Shown here: one piece after another, positions 27,723 to 36,533 of the stretch
Numbering within the stretch: the stretch's first letter is position 1
Layout: the number at the start of each line of letters is the position of its first letter
Source of the DNA: Candidatus Babeliales bacterium
Lineage (GTDB): Bacteria; Babelota; Babeliae; Babelales; JBFXEV01
Direction of reading: 5' to 3'
DNA length: 64,000 bases
NCBI GenBank assembly: GCA_963716425.1
Contig: OY970310.1
Coordinates: 1,798,807 to 1,862,806, forward strand
Notes under the pieces: model-generated
The model's input: the letters and a program-made list of their open reading frames with translations, nothing else
Told to the model about the DNA's origin: nothing
Database searches by the model: none
Translations under genes and position numbers: made by a program

Positions 27723-29447
27723 GTGATAAGCAGCTTTACCTGCCATGCCATGGATGCTCTACCATGCCAAAAACCGGTAAGGCAAACCCGTCATGAAGGT
27801 CAGCAAGCCCTTACATTATTAAAATCAGCACACACAAAGAATGACACTCGAACATTTGAAGATCTCCTCACAAAAAAACTGCAACTTGCAGAGCTTAAGC
27901 CCATTTGGCCAGCCCTTATGAAGATGACCATCTACCATATGCCAATAGATGAAAGCATTCCTTCACACAATCCCAAGTTCTCTCAGCTATTAAACGATTA
28001 CAGCAAACAACATGAGTCACCTATTCATAAATCTGCTCGAAGCGGAGCACTGGCTAAGCTCAACACATTGCTTACCAAAGACACTTTAAATGCACAAAAT
28101 TTAAATGGAGAAACTCCTCTCTTTGCGGCAGTTTTTGCCGAACAATTTGATATCGCACAGATGCTCCTGCAAGCCAAAGCCGATCCGCTTATTGAAATAG
28201 CAATTGGTATGGCACCCTTCAGCATATCAAATAGTGCTGAGATGACACAGCTCTTATATGCGCATGGTGCAAGTGCTCACTTAAACCACCAAGATGTATT
28301 TGGCCAAACACCGCTCTTTCATGCAATACAACGTGGTAATACTGCAGTTGCTGCATTATTGATTGATCTAAAAGCACAAGTAAACCTTGGCAACATGTGC
28401 GGAGAGGTGGTATTACATGGAACAAGTAGCTGTGACGCTCTGAAGTTAAGCGAAGCATGCACATTCAGTAAAAAACTGCTTGAATCTGGAGCAAACGTTA
28501 ACGCACAAAGTAATGACCTTAGAACACCGCTCCATATAGCAGCTCAAGATCGACTTGTTCCACTCATTCATCTTTTTCTTACCCACGGCGCAGATACAAC
28601 ACTCAAAGACAGATGGGACCGCACTCCGGCATCCTTAATACAAGAAGCATGGGGCGTGGCACCTGAAGAATTTATTGCTATTTGTAGTCAACCTAATGGC
28701 AAAGAAATCTTGTCTTGCAGGGCTCGTGCAATCGCACAAAAAAGCTTTGAATATACGCCAGCCACACAAAAAATGGTAAAACCAAAAAATAAAGACGGAA
28801 AAAGTAAGAAAAAGAAAAAACAGAATTTCCCTACCTTTAATCAACGTAAAGGTAATACAGAAGCTGTAACGGCAGTAACTGTTCCCGCCCGTGCAGTTAT
28901 TTCACCATTAGTCATTACTCCATCACCAGTCCCTCTATTCAAACAAGTTGCAACACTCATACTTGCAGACCGCGTAACAAGATGGCAAAACCCAGAATGG
29001 CTGCTGCTTGCAAAGCAAAATGCAAAAAGAGCCGGCGTGTACAAATATTGGCAATTCAAACGTAAGCGACTTTACCACCGTCTTCCCGAAAGAACTCTCT
29101 GCACCCTCCTGGAGCATGGCACACCAGAACTGCGGCCCAACCAAACACATGATGGTCAGATGGATACACAGTATGTGCTTGAGGGTGAAATGCAATTTGA
29201 GAACCTTACTAACCCGTGGAATCCCGGCAAACAACGCCAGCCAGGTTTTTATCATATGACGCGCGGCATTGATGACAAAATATATCATGTCGGCTTTAAG
29301 CCAATACAAAACAGGGGCTTACGGCTTGCTGATTTTATGCCACAAGAAGAAATCCCTGTGCTATGGGCTGATGCTAAAACGGATAGTTATAGCGCAGCGT
29401 ATGACCCCGATGAAGGCGTGCGGCACGTTCTGTATCTTAAAAAATAA
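27723..29447 (+). CDS. ankyrin-repeat protein without signal peptide, Lys-rich linker and unknown C-terminal domain
   Basis: 'GETPLFAAVFAEQFDIAQMLLQAKADP', 'GQTPLFHAIQRGNTAVAALLIDLKAQVN', 'RTPLHIAAQDRLVPLIHLFLTHGAD'. Linker 'KPKNKDGKSKKKKKQ'. Start is ambiguous (GTG 27723 or ATG 27750). Confidence 0.8.
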   Translation: MISSFTCHAMDALPCQKPVRQTRHEGQQALTLLKSAHTKNDTRTFEDLLTKKLQLAELKPIWPALMKMTIYHMPIDESIPSHNPKFSQLLNDYSKQHESPIHKSARSGALAKLNTLLTKDTLNAQNLNGETPLFAAVFAEQFDIAQMLLQAKADPLIEIAIGMAPFSISNSAEMTQLLYAHGASAHLNHQDVFGQTPLFHAIQRGNTAVAALLIDLKAQVNLGNMCGEVVLHGTSSCDALKLSEACTFSKKLLESGANVNAQSNDLRTPLHIAAQDRLVPLIHLFLTHGADTTLKDRWDRTPASLIQEAWGVAPEEFIAICSQPNGKEILSCRARAIAQKSFEYTPATQKMVKPKNKDGKSKKKKKQNFPTFNQRKGNTEAVTAVTVPARAVISPLVITPSPVPLFKQVATLILADRVTRWQNPEWLLLAKQNAKRAGVYKYWQFKRKRLYHRLPERTLCTLLEHGTPELRPNQTHDGQMDTQYVLEGEMQFENLTNPWNPGKQRQPGFYHMTRGIDDKIYHVGFKPIQNRGLRLADFMPQEEIPVLWADAKTDSYSAAYDPDEGVRHVLYLKK

Positions 29448-29453
29448 CATCGA

Positions 29454-29482
29454 TTGACAAATAGAGTTATATTTGCTAGAGT
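29454..29482 (+). promoter_or_regulatory. sigma70-like promoter candidate (TTGACA-17 nt-TAGAGT)
   Basis: Read directly, upstream of the small leader-like ORF and ABC operon 1. Confidence 0.4.
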
Positions 29483-29529
29483 AATAATAGACAGGAATAA
29501 CAGGTACCATTAACAATAAGGATTATCAT

Positions 29530-29640
29530 ATGATACCTACAGAAATCAATAGTATCCCCGTACAACAATCTTCTAGCGCATACTTTGCGTTCACTCTTTC
29601 TATTTCCTCATCCTCTCATCCCCACCATCACTCTCATTAA
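29530..29640 (+). CDS. candidate 36-aa leader peptide, Ser/His-rich C-terminus
   Basis: AAGGA 8 nt upstream of the ATG. 'MIPTEINSIPVQQSSSAYFAFTLSISSSSHPHHHSH*'. Lies between a promoter-like site and the ABC transporter operon. Confidence 0.3.
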   Translation: MIPTEINSIPVQQSSSAYFAFTLSISSSSHPHHHSH

Positions 29641-29679
29641 TGCTTTTACAAGCATAACAATCACCCATTTACTCATTTA

Positions 29680-29708
29680 ATAACCATAACCGGTTATCTG
29701 TATTTTTT
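29680..29708 (+). terminator. weak terminator/attenuator-like hairpin
   Basis: ataacc-ataacc-ggttat: either ataacc copy can pair with ggttat. Followed by ctgta-TTTTTT, 45 nt upstream of the SBP start. Confidence 0.3.
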
Positions 29709-29753
29709 ATTTAATTTGTTTACTTAATAATTATTATTTTTTAGGAATTAACC

Positions 29754-30533
29754 ATGAATTTTAACATTAAAATAATGCTCATTGCCGCAGTAATTACTCT
29801 TGCAGGTTGTTATGGCATATATACTCAACTTCTCACAACGGATGCTGATAACAATATCTTTGTTGTAGGAACGGTACCCGATTATGCTCCCTTTGTAAGT
29901 GTGAATGCACAAGGCGAGTATGAAGGCTTTGATATCGATGTTGCAAAAAATATTGCACAAAAGCTCGGCAAAAAATTAGTGCTCAAAGATTTGGGCTCTA
30001 TGGCGCCACTCTTTATAGCACTTGATCAAGGCAGCATAGACGCCATTATTTGGGGATTATCTATTACCCAAAGCAGGCTCGATAAAGTTGCCATGATCAG
30101 ATATCAAGGAGAAACAGTCACCTCATACCCACTGATATTTTGGAAAGAAATACCGGCAGGTATTAATGGTATTCAAGATATGCAGGGCATGACCGTATGC
30201 GTTGAACCCGCATCCAGCCAAGACACTGCGCTCTCAAGTTACCCATTCATCATCAAGAAATCAACGGAACGCGTTGATGATGCACTTTTGAATATTCAAT
30301 ATGGCAAAGCGGATGCAGCGCTTGTGGAACCTGCAATCGCACGTAAATTCCAAGCAAAATATCCAGAAATCCAAATCCTTGATATGCCACTTGCTCCTCA
30401 AGATCAAGTGCTCGGAATGGGAATTGCGATTAAAAAAGAAAACGTCTCTTTAATTGAACAAGTGCAAACTGCCGTTGATGCTTTACAAAAAGAAGGTGTC
30501 ATAAACATTCTAGAAAAGAAATGGAAAATCTAA
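29754..30533 (+). CDS. polar amino-acid ABC transporter substrate-binding protein (family 3 SBP)
   Basis: 'VVGTVPDYAPFVSVNAQGEYEGFDIDVAKNIAQKLGKKL' is a typical SBP_bac_3 N-terminus. Signal/lipobox-like 'AAVITLAGC'. Confidence 0.85.
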   Translation: MNFNIKIMLIAAVITLAGCYGIYTQLLTTDADNNIFVVGTVPDYAPFVSVNAQGEYEGFDIDVAKNIAQKLGKKLVLKDLGSMAPLFIALDQGSIDAIIWGLSITQSRLDKVAMIRYQGETVTSYPLIFWKEIPAGINGIQDMQGMTVCVEPASSQDTALSSYPFIIKKSTERVDDALLNIQYGKADAALVEPAIARKFQAKYPEIQILDMPLAPQDQVLGMGIAIKKENVSLIEQVQTAVDALQKEGVINILEKKWKI

Positions 30534-31189
30534 TGCAAAGCATAGTACCCTATATTCCATTACTTGCCAAAGGGGCTGCAACCACTCTTGCAGCGTGGCT
30601 TTTTGTAACCACGGTAAGCTTGCTGATTGGCACCACACTGGGCATTTTAAGTTGCAGATATTTGGCATCACGCACCACGCTCACCATCATTAAGATCTAC
30701 ACATTCATTGCAAAAGGCATACCTGCCTATGTGCAAATTCTGATTGCCTACTTTGTAGTGCCTGCAGTATTTGGCATTAATGTCCCCGGATTTTTAGCAG
30801 CATCGTGCGCCCTTGCATTTTGCTCAAGCGGCTATGTAACTGAAATTATCCGTTCCGGCATAAATGCTATTCCTGTGGGACAATGGCAAGCGTGCAAAGT
30901 ACTGGGCTACCCACTACGCGCAACCTTAACCCGCATTATACTGCCGCAAGCACTGCGCAATATAGGGCCTGCACTCATTGGCGAGCTTGAGCAAATTGTA
31001 AAAAGCACTGCGCTTTTTGCAACGATAGGCGTTATGGAATTAACACGCGTGGGCATGAATATTATTTCCCGTGAACTCAATCCATTACCGGTATATCTTA
31101 CTATCGCTTGCATATACCTACTTTTTTCTGCAGTACTGAATGGCATAAGTTTTTACTTAGAACAAAGGGCATCAAATGGTCATCGTTAA
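30521..31189 (+). CDS. polar amino-acid ABC transporter permease (HisM/GlnP type)
   Basis: 'GIPAYVQILIAYF', 'EIIRSGINAIPVGQWQACKVLGY' and 'ILPQALRNIGPALIGE' form the EAA-loop region. The alternative start ATG 30533 overlaps the SBP stop. Confidence 0.85.
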   Translation: MENLMQSIVPYIPLLAKGAATTLAAWLFVTTVSLLIGTTLGILSCRYLASRTTLTIIKIYTFIAKGIPAYVQILIAYFVVPAVFGINVPGFLAASCALAFCSSGYVTEIIRSGINAIPVGQWQACKVLGYPLRATLTRIILPQALRNIGPALIGELEQIVKSTALFATIGVMELTRVGMNIISRELNPLPVYLTIACIYLLFSAVLNGISFYLEQRASNGHR

Positions 31190-31874
31190 TAAACTCACGG
31201 TCGCATTAAACTCACAACCCATTTTGAGTGATATTTCTTGTGAGCTTTTACCTGGACGCATTACAAGCTTTATAGGCAAAAGTGGTGCAGGCAAAACAAC
31301 GCTTTTAAAAGCTCTTTCAGGGCTTGTTCCCATATCTGAAGGGATCGTTACCATCAATGGCAAAGAACTCTCTAGCTTATCTGCACAAGAACAATCGCAA
31401 GAGATTGGCTTTGTGTTTCAGGATTTTAATCTGTTTGCACATCTTACCGTTCTAGAAAATTGCATTGATCCACTCCTGGTGCAAGGCATGCCGTATGATC
31501 AAGCAGAAAAACGCGCCCGTGAAATTTTGCAAGAACTTGGCATACAAGAATTTGAAAAGAAATATCCACAAGAACTTTCTGGCGGCCAACAACAACGCGT
31601 GGCCATTGCGCGTGCATTGTGCTTAAAACCAAAAGCTTTGCTCCTTGATGAGCCCACTGCGTCACTTGATCCAGAAAACACAGATATTTTAGTTGGCATA
31701 TTACAAGAGCTTGCAGCACAAGGCATGACCATTGGGCTTTCAAGCCAAGATATGAGCTTTATACGCAAAATAGTTGATCGCGTATATTATCTAGAAGCAG
31801 GCACCATTACAGAATATTGCGCTACCAAAGAAACTCTTAAAGAATGCTCAAAAATAACACAATTTATTGCATAA
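31176..31874 (+). CDS. polar amino-acid ABC transporter ATP-binding protein
   Basis: Walker A 'GKSGAGKTT', signature 'LSGGQQQRVAIARAL', Walker B 'LLLDEPTASLD'. Confidence 0.9.
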   Translation: MVIVNKLTVALNSQPILSDISCELLPGRITSFIGKSGAGKTTLLKALSGLVPISEGIVTINGKELSSLSAQEQSQEIGFVFQDFNLFAHLTVLENCIDPLLVQGMPYDQAEKRAREILQELGIQEFEKKYPQELSGGQQQRVAIARALCLKPKALLLDEPTASLDPENTDILVGILQELAAQGMTIGLSSQDMSFIRKIVDRVYYLEAGTITEYCATKETLKECSKITQFIA

Positions 31875-31971
31875 ACCATAAGGATCCCAACATGCATCAT
31901 ACCGTTCACATTAACAACAATAAACCAAACAACCCGGTAAACAACTTCATTACTACGAAAATCAATACAAC

Positions 31972-32796
31972 ATGAAACAATATATTTTACTCACTTTCGC
32001 CTTCATAAATCTTATCACTCTTTGCTTAAACGCAACTGATGATGAATTATTTAAGGCAGCTCGTTCAAATGATCGCACAAAAGTCCAAGCTCTTTTAAAA
32101 GAAGGAGCTCGTCCAAGTGCCACAGACTGGTGTGGTGCAACACCTTTACACTATGCATATTATAATGGTCAAGAATTATCATCTGATGCATTGAAATCAC
32201 GACGTAGCCTTGGCGAAGTCGGATCAACCCCTCAATTACTTATAAGCTTTGGGGCCAATCCAAATGCGCAAGACATTCGCCTTAATACGCCACTGCACAC
32301 TGCTGTGAGAGCATTCTCAAAATCTGGTATAGAACAACTGATTGAAGCTGGTGCTCAAGTTGATGTACCAAATGTGCGCGGAGAAACACCACTCTTTTTA
32401 GCTGTCAAAAAGGATGCTTGGCAACTAATACCAACGCTTATTGAAGCTGGCGCTTCATTAGATGTTACTGATACCGTGGGTAATTCATTAATGCAAATCG
32501 CTGCAAACAGAAACGCACGCACAAGAAATGCGCTGGTGACATCTGTATCACCGAAAGATGTTCAGCACATACTACCTGCAATCATTGTATTGACTAATCC
32601 TAAAGATGATCCAAGTAAAAGAACTCTTTTTGGCAAAGATATTGGACCGCTTATTGCTCTACGGTTAATACCAGAGATAATGCGGGAGAAATTAACTTTA
32701 GGAGCTACATTGTTGCCTCAGGCTCGTCAGCAAGAATTGCAAGCAATCATTCTCCAGAATATAACGAGAATGATCGCCAAATCACCTAGAATGTAA
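31972..32796 (+). CDS. ankyrin-repeat protein with signal peptide
   Basis: 'GATPLHYAYYNG', 'NTPLHTAVRAFSKSGIEQLIEAGAQVDVPNVRGETPLFLAV'. Tail 'SVSPKDVQHILPAIIVLTNPKDDPSKRTLFGKDIG'. Confidence 0.85.
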   Translation: MKQYILLTFAFINLITLCLNATDDELFKAARSNDRTKVQALLKEGARPSATDWCGATPLHYAYYNGQELSSDALKSRRSLGEVGSTPQLLISFGANPNAQDIRLNTPLHTAVRAFSKSGIEQLIEAGAQVDVPNVRGETPLFLAVKKDAWQLIPTLIEAGASLDVTDTVGNSLMQIAANRNARTRNALVTSVSPKDVQHILPAIIVLTNPKDDPSKRTLFGKDIGPLIALRLIPEIMREKLTLGATLLPQARQQELQAIILQNITRMIAKSPRM

Positions 32797-32820
32797 TCCT
32801 TAACTTCAAACTATTCTTGC

Positions 32821-32856
32821 AGGGCCCGGTAATCATTGATTGCTGGGCCTTTTTCT
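32821..32856 (+). terminator. rho-independent terminator candidate
   Basis: ggccc (32823-32827) / gggcc (32845-32849) stem followed by TTTTTC. Confidence 0.45.
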
Positions 32857-32876
32857 TATCAATCTACTCTAAAGAG

Positions 32877-32905
32877 TTGACTTTCGTATTAAAATGAATT
32901 ATAAT
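32877..32905 (+). promoter_or_regulatory. near-consensus sigma70 promoter (TTGACT-17 nt-TATAAT)
   Basis: Read directly, 45 nt upstream of the 32950 ORF, which has a GAGG RBS. Confidence 0.6.
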
Positions 32906-32949
32906 TCATAGTAGAGGTTAATATTTATTCATAATACAGAGGTAAACAG

Positions 32950-33213
32950 ATGGAAAACACCGTTTTAATGCCCCTTGCCATAGATTCTCTTTATGAAGAA
33001 GAAGATGGTTTAGATGAGAGCAATTTCGATGAGGACAGTTTAGACGATGAAGAAGGTGAATGTAACATGCGGGTTGCATACCAACAAGTTATCATGGATT
33101 GCGTAAGTGGCAATACGTGCCCTCGCTGCGGACAGCATGAAGTGACTGAGCCTGCGATAAAATTATGCTCACCCTGCCAATGGGTTATTGGCAAGATTGA
33201 AGGTTATACATAA
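32950..33213 (+). CDS. small acidic protein with CxxC...CxxC zinc-ribbon-like C-terminus
   Basis: 'EEEDGLDESNFDEDSLDDEEGE' followed by 'CPRCGQHEV...CSPCQW'. Has its own strong promoter and RBS. Confidence 0.55.
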   Translation: MENTVLMPLAIDSLYEEEDGLDESNFDEDSLDDEEGECNMRVAYQQVIMDCVSGNTCPRCGQHEVTEPAIKLCSPCQWVIGKIEGYT

Positions 33214-33315
33214 ATAAGAACTTATAAAGTAAAGGATAAATATGGGACGTAAACCACAGCGTACAAAACAACTAAAAACAATACATAAACTTATTAAAGT
33301 CAATTGGAATACAAC

Positions 33316-33913
33316 ATGAAAAAACTATTATTAACTATATTAACCATCCTGATCTGCGTAGAGATCAATGGGCTCTATGCAATGCAAGAACCCAAACTTA
33401 CTGACAATAAAACCCAACAAGCTCAAGCAATTTTGGTGCAAGGTACGAATCTAAATGCTCAAAGCGAATCTGGCCATGTACCATTATATGATGCAGTAAA
33501 AGCAAATGCCTACGAAGCAATACCAGTACTTATTGAAGCTGGTGCTATTCTAGATACTACTATTTTAAATAAAGCAAAATGCGTATGCACCCACTTACAT
33601 ACTCGCAAATTATTGGCCACAACGGTGTGTCCCCGCTGATGTACAACATATTATACCTGCCATAATTGCTTTGACCAATCCCTACGATGATCCCGGTAAA
33701 AGAACTATTTTTGGCAAGGATATTGGATCACTTATTGCTTTTCAGTTAATACCAGAGATACTGCAGGAGAAATTATCTTTGGCACAAGGCCTTGAGCTGC
33801 TTCCTGGTCCTTGGTCCGAAGATGTGTTGAGGATAGTGATTTTACAAAATATAACAAAAGCTATTAAAAAATTACCACTATTATCAAACGAACAAGAAGG
33901 AAAAAAACCATGA
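33316..33913 (+). pseudogene. frameshifted, shortened ankyrin gene (paralog of 31972-32796)
   Basis: The first frame ends '...LLATTVCPR*' at 33639. The tail continues in another frame as 'VPADVQHIIPAIIALTNPYDDPGKRTIFGKDIG...ILQNITKAIKK', collinear with the 31972 paralog. The frames meet at a cccc run (33631-33634). Confidence 0.7.
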
Positions 33914-34383
33914 AACGCAATGCTTCATTAACAGCGCGTCAGAAAGCCATACAAGAACTTATAGAAACCTATGAGATTACTGATCAACATAAACTGATTG
34001 AACTCCTTAAGCTCAAATATGGCGTTGAGACCAATCAAACAATTATCTCGCGTGAGTTGCATAAGTTAGGGGTAACCAAAACCCCCATAGAAAATAAGTT
34101 AATCTACGAGTTGCCGGAAGAAAAAGCTGACCCGGCAAAAGAAATCCTGCGCCTTGCAGTAACCCAAGTGGTACATAATGAAACGCTCATTGTAGTACAC
34201 ACCCTTGCAGGACTTGCTGATTTTGTGGGCGATTATCTTGATGCACATAGTGCTACCACCAGTGTACTTGCAACCCTTGCAGGAGAAAATGTAGTTTTTG
34301 TAACACCAAAAAGCATTAAACATATTACACAAACATATGATGAAGTGTGTAAATTATTACTTATTAAACAAAAGAAGGATTAA
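33910..34383 (+). CDS. argR: arginine repressor
   Basis: N-terminal winged helix 'NQTIISRELHKLGV'. C-terminal 'VHTLAGLADFVGDYLD...LATLAGENVVFV' matches the ArgR oligomerisation/Arg-binding domain (GTIAGDDTIF region). Confidence 0.8.
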   Translation: MKRNASLTARQKAIQELIETYEITDQHKLIELLKLKYGVETNQTIISRELHKLGVTKTPIENKLIYELPEEKADPAKEILRLAVTQVVHNETLIVVHTLAGLADFVGDYLDAHSATTSVLATLAGENVVFVTPKSIKHITQTYDEVCKLLLIKQKKD

Positions 34384-34385
34384 CC

Positions 34386-35141
34386 ATGCAACCAAAATAT
34401 GTACTGAGCCTTGTGCTTGCGGCAATGGCTGCAACTTTCATAATGTACTCTATAAAAAAAGAGAAAGTCGCGGCACGCGACGTTCTTATTGTTGGCACCA
34501 ATGCTGAATATCAACCGTTTAGTTTTGTAAAAGATGGCAAGATAACCGGCTTTGATATTGATCTCGTGAATGAACTTGCCCATCGCATGGGTAAAGAGGC
34601 GGTAATAAAAGACATGGCATTCACCACGCTCGTTCCTGAACTTCAGATGGGCAAACTGCATGTCGTTGCCGCAGGCATTTCGCCCACGCCAGAACGAGCA
34701 AAAGCGGTATTATTCTTAGAACCGCATCACATAGGTGATCCGTTATTGCTCATTTCGCCAAAAACCGCACCCATTACTTCGGTACAAGATCTTACCAACA
34801 AAACTGTGATAGTCAATGAAGGATTTACCGCAGACAGTTATATCTCTAAAATCGAAGGCCCTCAGGTAGTACGCTTACCAACAGTTGCGGATGCGTTCTT
34901 AACACTCAAGAGTGGGCGAGCTGATGCCTTTATTTCAGCACAATCAAGCGTGCAACCATTTTTTGCGGCTCATGGCATGGATGCTTGGACAGTTACACAA
35001 ATTCCTGAAACCTCTGATACGTACGCCCTACCAGTGAGTAAAAAACACCCCGAACTGTATAAAGAACTGCAAAAACAACTTCATGATATGATTCAAGATG
35101 GCACCGTTGCTGCGCTTGCAAAAAAATGGGGGCTTCTATGA
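34386..35141 (+). CDS. polar amino-acid (probably arginine) ABC transporter substrate-binding protein
   Basis: 'LIVGTNAEYQPFSFVKDGKITGFDIDLVNELAHRMGK' SBP_bac_3 pattern. Lies directly downstream of argR. Confidence 0.8.
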   Translation: MQPKYVLSLVLAAMAATFIMYSIKKEKVAARDVLIVGTNAEYQPFSFVKDGKITGFDIDLVNELAHRMGKEAVIKDMAFTTLVPELQMGKLHVVAAGISPTPERAKAVLFLEPHHIGDPLLLISPKTAPITSVQDLTNKTVIVNEGFTADSYISKIEGPQVVRLPTVADAFLTLKSGRADAFISAQSSVQPFFAAHGMDAWTVTQIPETSDTYALPVSKKHPELYKELQKQLHDMIQDGTVAALAKKWGLL

Positions 35142-35797
35142 TTGATCTTGCATTACTCAAAACAATCTATCCGCAATTAATTGAAGGCACACTTGCCACC
35201 ATTGAGATTGCAGCACTTTCCACCATATGTGGCTTTATTGGTGGCACAATAGTGGGCTGTTTACACACGCTCCCCAATAAACCGCTCCATGCTGCTATCA
35301 CACTGTACGTTACGTTGTTTCGTGGCACGCCCATGCTGATTCAAATATCATTCATATATTTGTTGCTGCCTGCACTAGGCATTACCTTTTCTGCATTCAC
35401 CTGCGCAGTGCTTGCAATAAGTTTGAATAGCACTGCGTACATTAGCCAAATAATAAAATCTGGCATTCAATCAATTGATACCGGCCAATGGCAAGCAGCA
35501 CACGTGCTGGGTTTAAGCAAATGGCAAACTATGCGTTACATTATTCTTCCACAAGCATTGCGTGTGGTAATTCCAGCGCTCCTGAATGAAAGCATTACGC
35601 TTGTTAAGGATTCAAGCTTGGCCTCAACTATCGGTGTGGTAGAACTGTTCAAAACAAGTTCACGCGTGATTAGCATAACGTACCAACCTATGCCAGTGTA
35701 TATCATTATGGCATGCATCTATTTAACGTTAACAACATTACTTTCACTTGCTGCTCATTATGCTGCAAAAAGGATGCACTATGCTTACCATCAATAA
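35138..35797 (+). CDS. polar amino-acid ABC transporter permease
   Basis: 'FRGTPMLIQISFIY', 'QIIKSGIQSIDTGQWQAAHVLGLS', 'ILPQALRVVIPALLNE'. ATG 35138 overlaps the SBP stop (ATGA); an alternative ATG is at 35126. Confidence 0.85.
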   Translation: MIDLALLKTIYPQLIEGTLATIEIAALSTICGFIGGTIVGCLHTLPNKPLHAAITLYVTLFRGTPMLIQISFIYLLLPALGITFSAFTCAVLAISLNSTAYISQIIKSGIQSIDTGQWQAAHVLGLSKWQTMRYIILPQALRVVIPALLNESITLVKDSSLASTIGVVELFKTSSRVISITYQPMPVYIIMACIYLTLTTLLSLAAHYAAKRMHYAYHQ

Positions 35798-36533
35798 CCT
35801 CTCTAAATCATTTGGACAAAAAAAGATTCTTGATAACATCAGCCTTTCCGTCAAGGAAGGTGAAATTGCAATACTCCTTGGTGCTTCTGGCGTGGGTAAA
35901 TCAACGCTCCTGCGCATCTTAAACAATTTAGAAATGCTAGATACTGGCACGGTGATGCTTGATGGTAAACCTATTGATCTTAAAACAGTAAATAGTACGC
36001 ACACTATTGGCATGGTGTTCCAGCAATTCCATTTGTTTGATCATTTGACCGCGCTTGAAAATATCACGTTAGCTTTAGAAAAAGTACAAAATGTGCCAAA
36101 GAAAGACGCACAGCAACAAGCTACCGCGCTCCTTGCCCATTATGGTTTACAAGACAAAGCTGCTTGTTATCCGCGCGATCTTTCTGGTGGCCAAAAGCAA
36201 CGACTGGCTCTTGCTCGGATGCTTGCGCTCAAGCCACGCATTATCTGCCTTGATGAGCCAACCTCTGCGCTTGATCCGGTGCTTACCGCTCATGTAGCAG
36301 AAACTATTACAAAGCTTGCACAGGAAGGCCTTACCGTGCTTATAACGACACATGATATATCACTTGTGAATCATTTAAAGACAGCCTCTATTCACTTAAT
36401 GGATAAAGGTGCTATCATAGAATCAGCACCACATGGCGCATTTGATCAGCACTCACAGGAATACCCGCATATTGCTCAATTTATTACCGGCGGGCAAACA
36501 CCAATAACAGAAGCCCAAAGTGAAGGTATATGA
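35781..36533 (+). CDS. polar amino-acid ABC transporter ATP-binding protein
   Basis: Walker A 'GASGVGKST', 'LSGGQKQRLALARML', 'ICLDEPTSALD'. Start set at ATG 35781 (MLTINNLSKSFG) with an AAGGA upstream. Confidence 0.9.
   Translation: MLTINNLSKSFGQKKILDNISLSVKEGEIAILLGASGVGKSTLLRILNNLEMLDTGTVMLDGKPIDLKTVNSTHTIGMVFQQFHLFDHLTALENITLALEKVQNVPKKDAQQQATALLAHYGLQDKAACYPRDLSGGQKQRLALARMLALKPRIICLDEPTSALDPVLTAHVAETITKLAQEGLTVLITTHDISLVNHLKTASIHLMDKGAIIESAPHGAFDQHSQEYPHIAQFITGGQTPITEAQSEGI

Noticed and set aside
31444-31768. Minus-strand ORFs inside the ABC ATPase gene (and 30907-31146, 35536-36013, 36147-36353 in the transporter genes)
   Set aside because: They are nested antisense to genes with unambiguous Walker/signature or EAA-loop motifs.
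33242-33319. 25-codon ORF 'MGRKPQRTKQLKTIHKLIKVNWNTT' between the zinc-ribbon gene and the ANK pseudogene
   Set aside because: It is too short, has no recognisable motif, and overlaps the likely start region of the next gene. It could be real (basic peptide), but the sequence alone does not support it.
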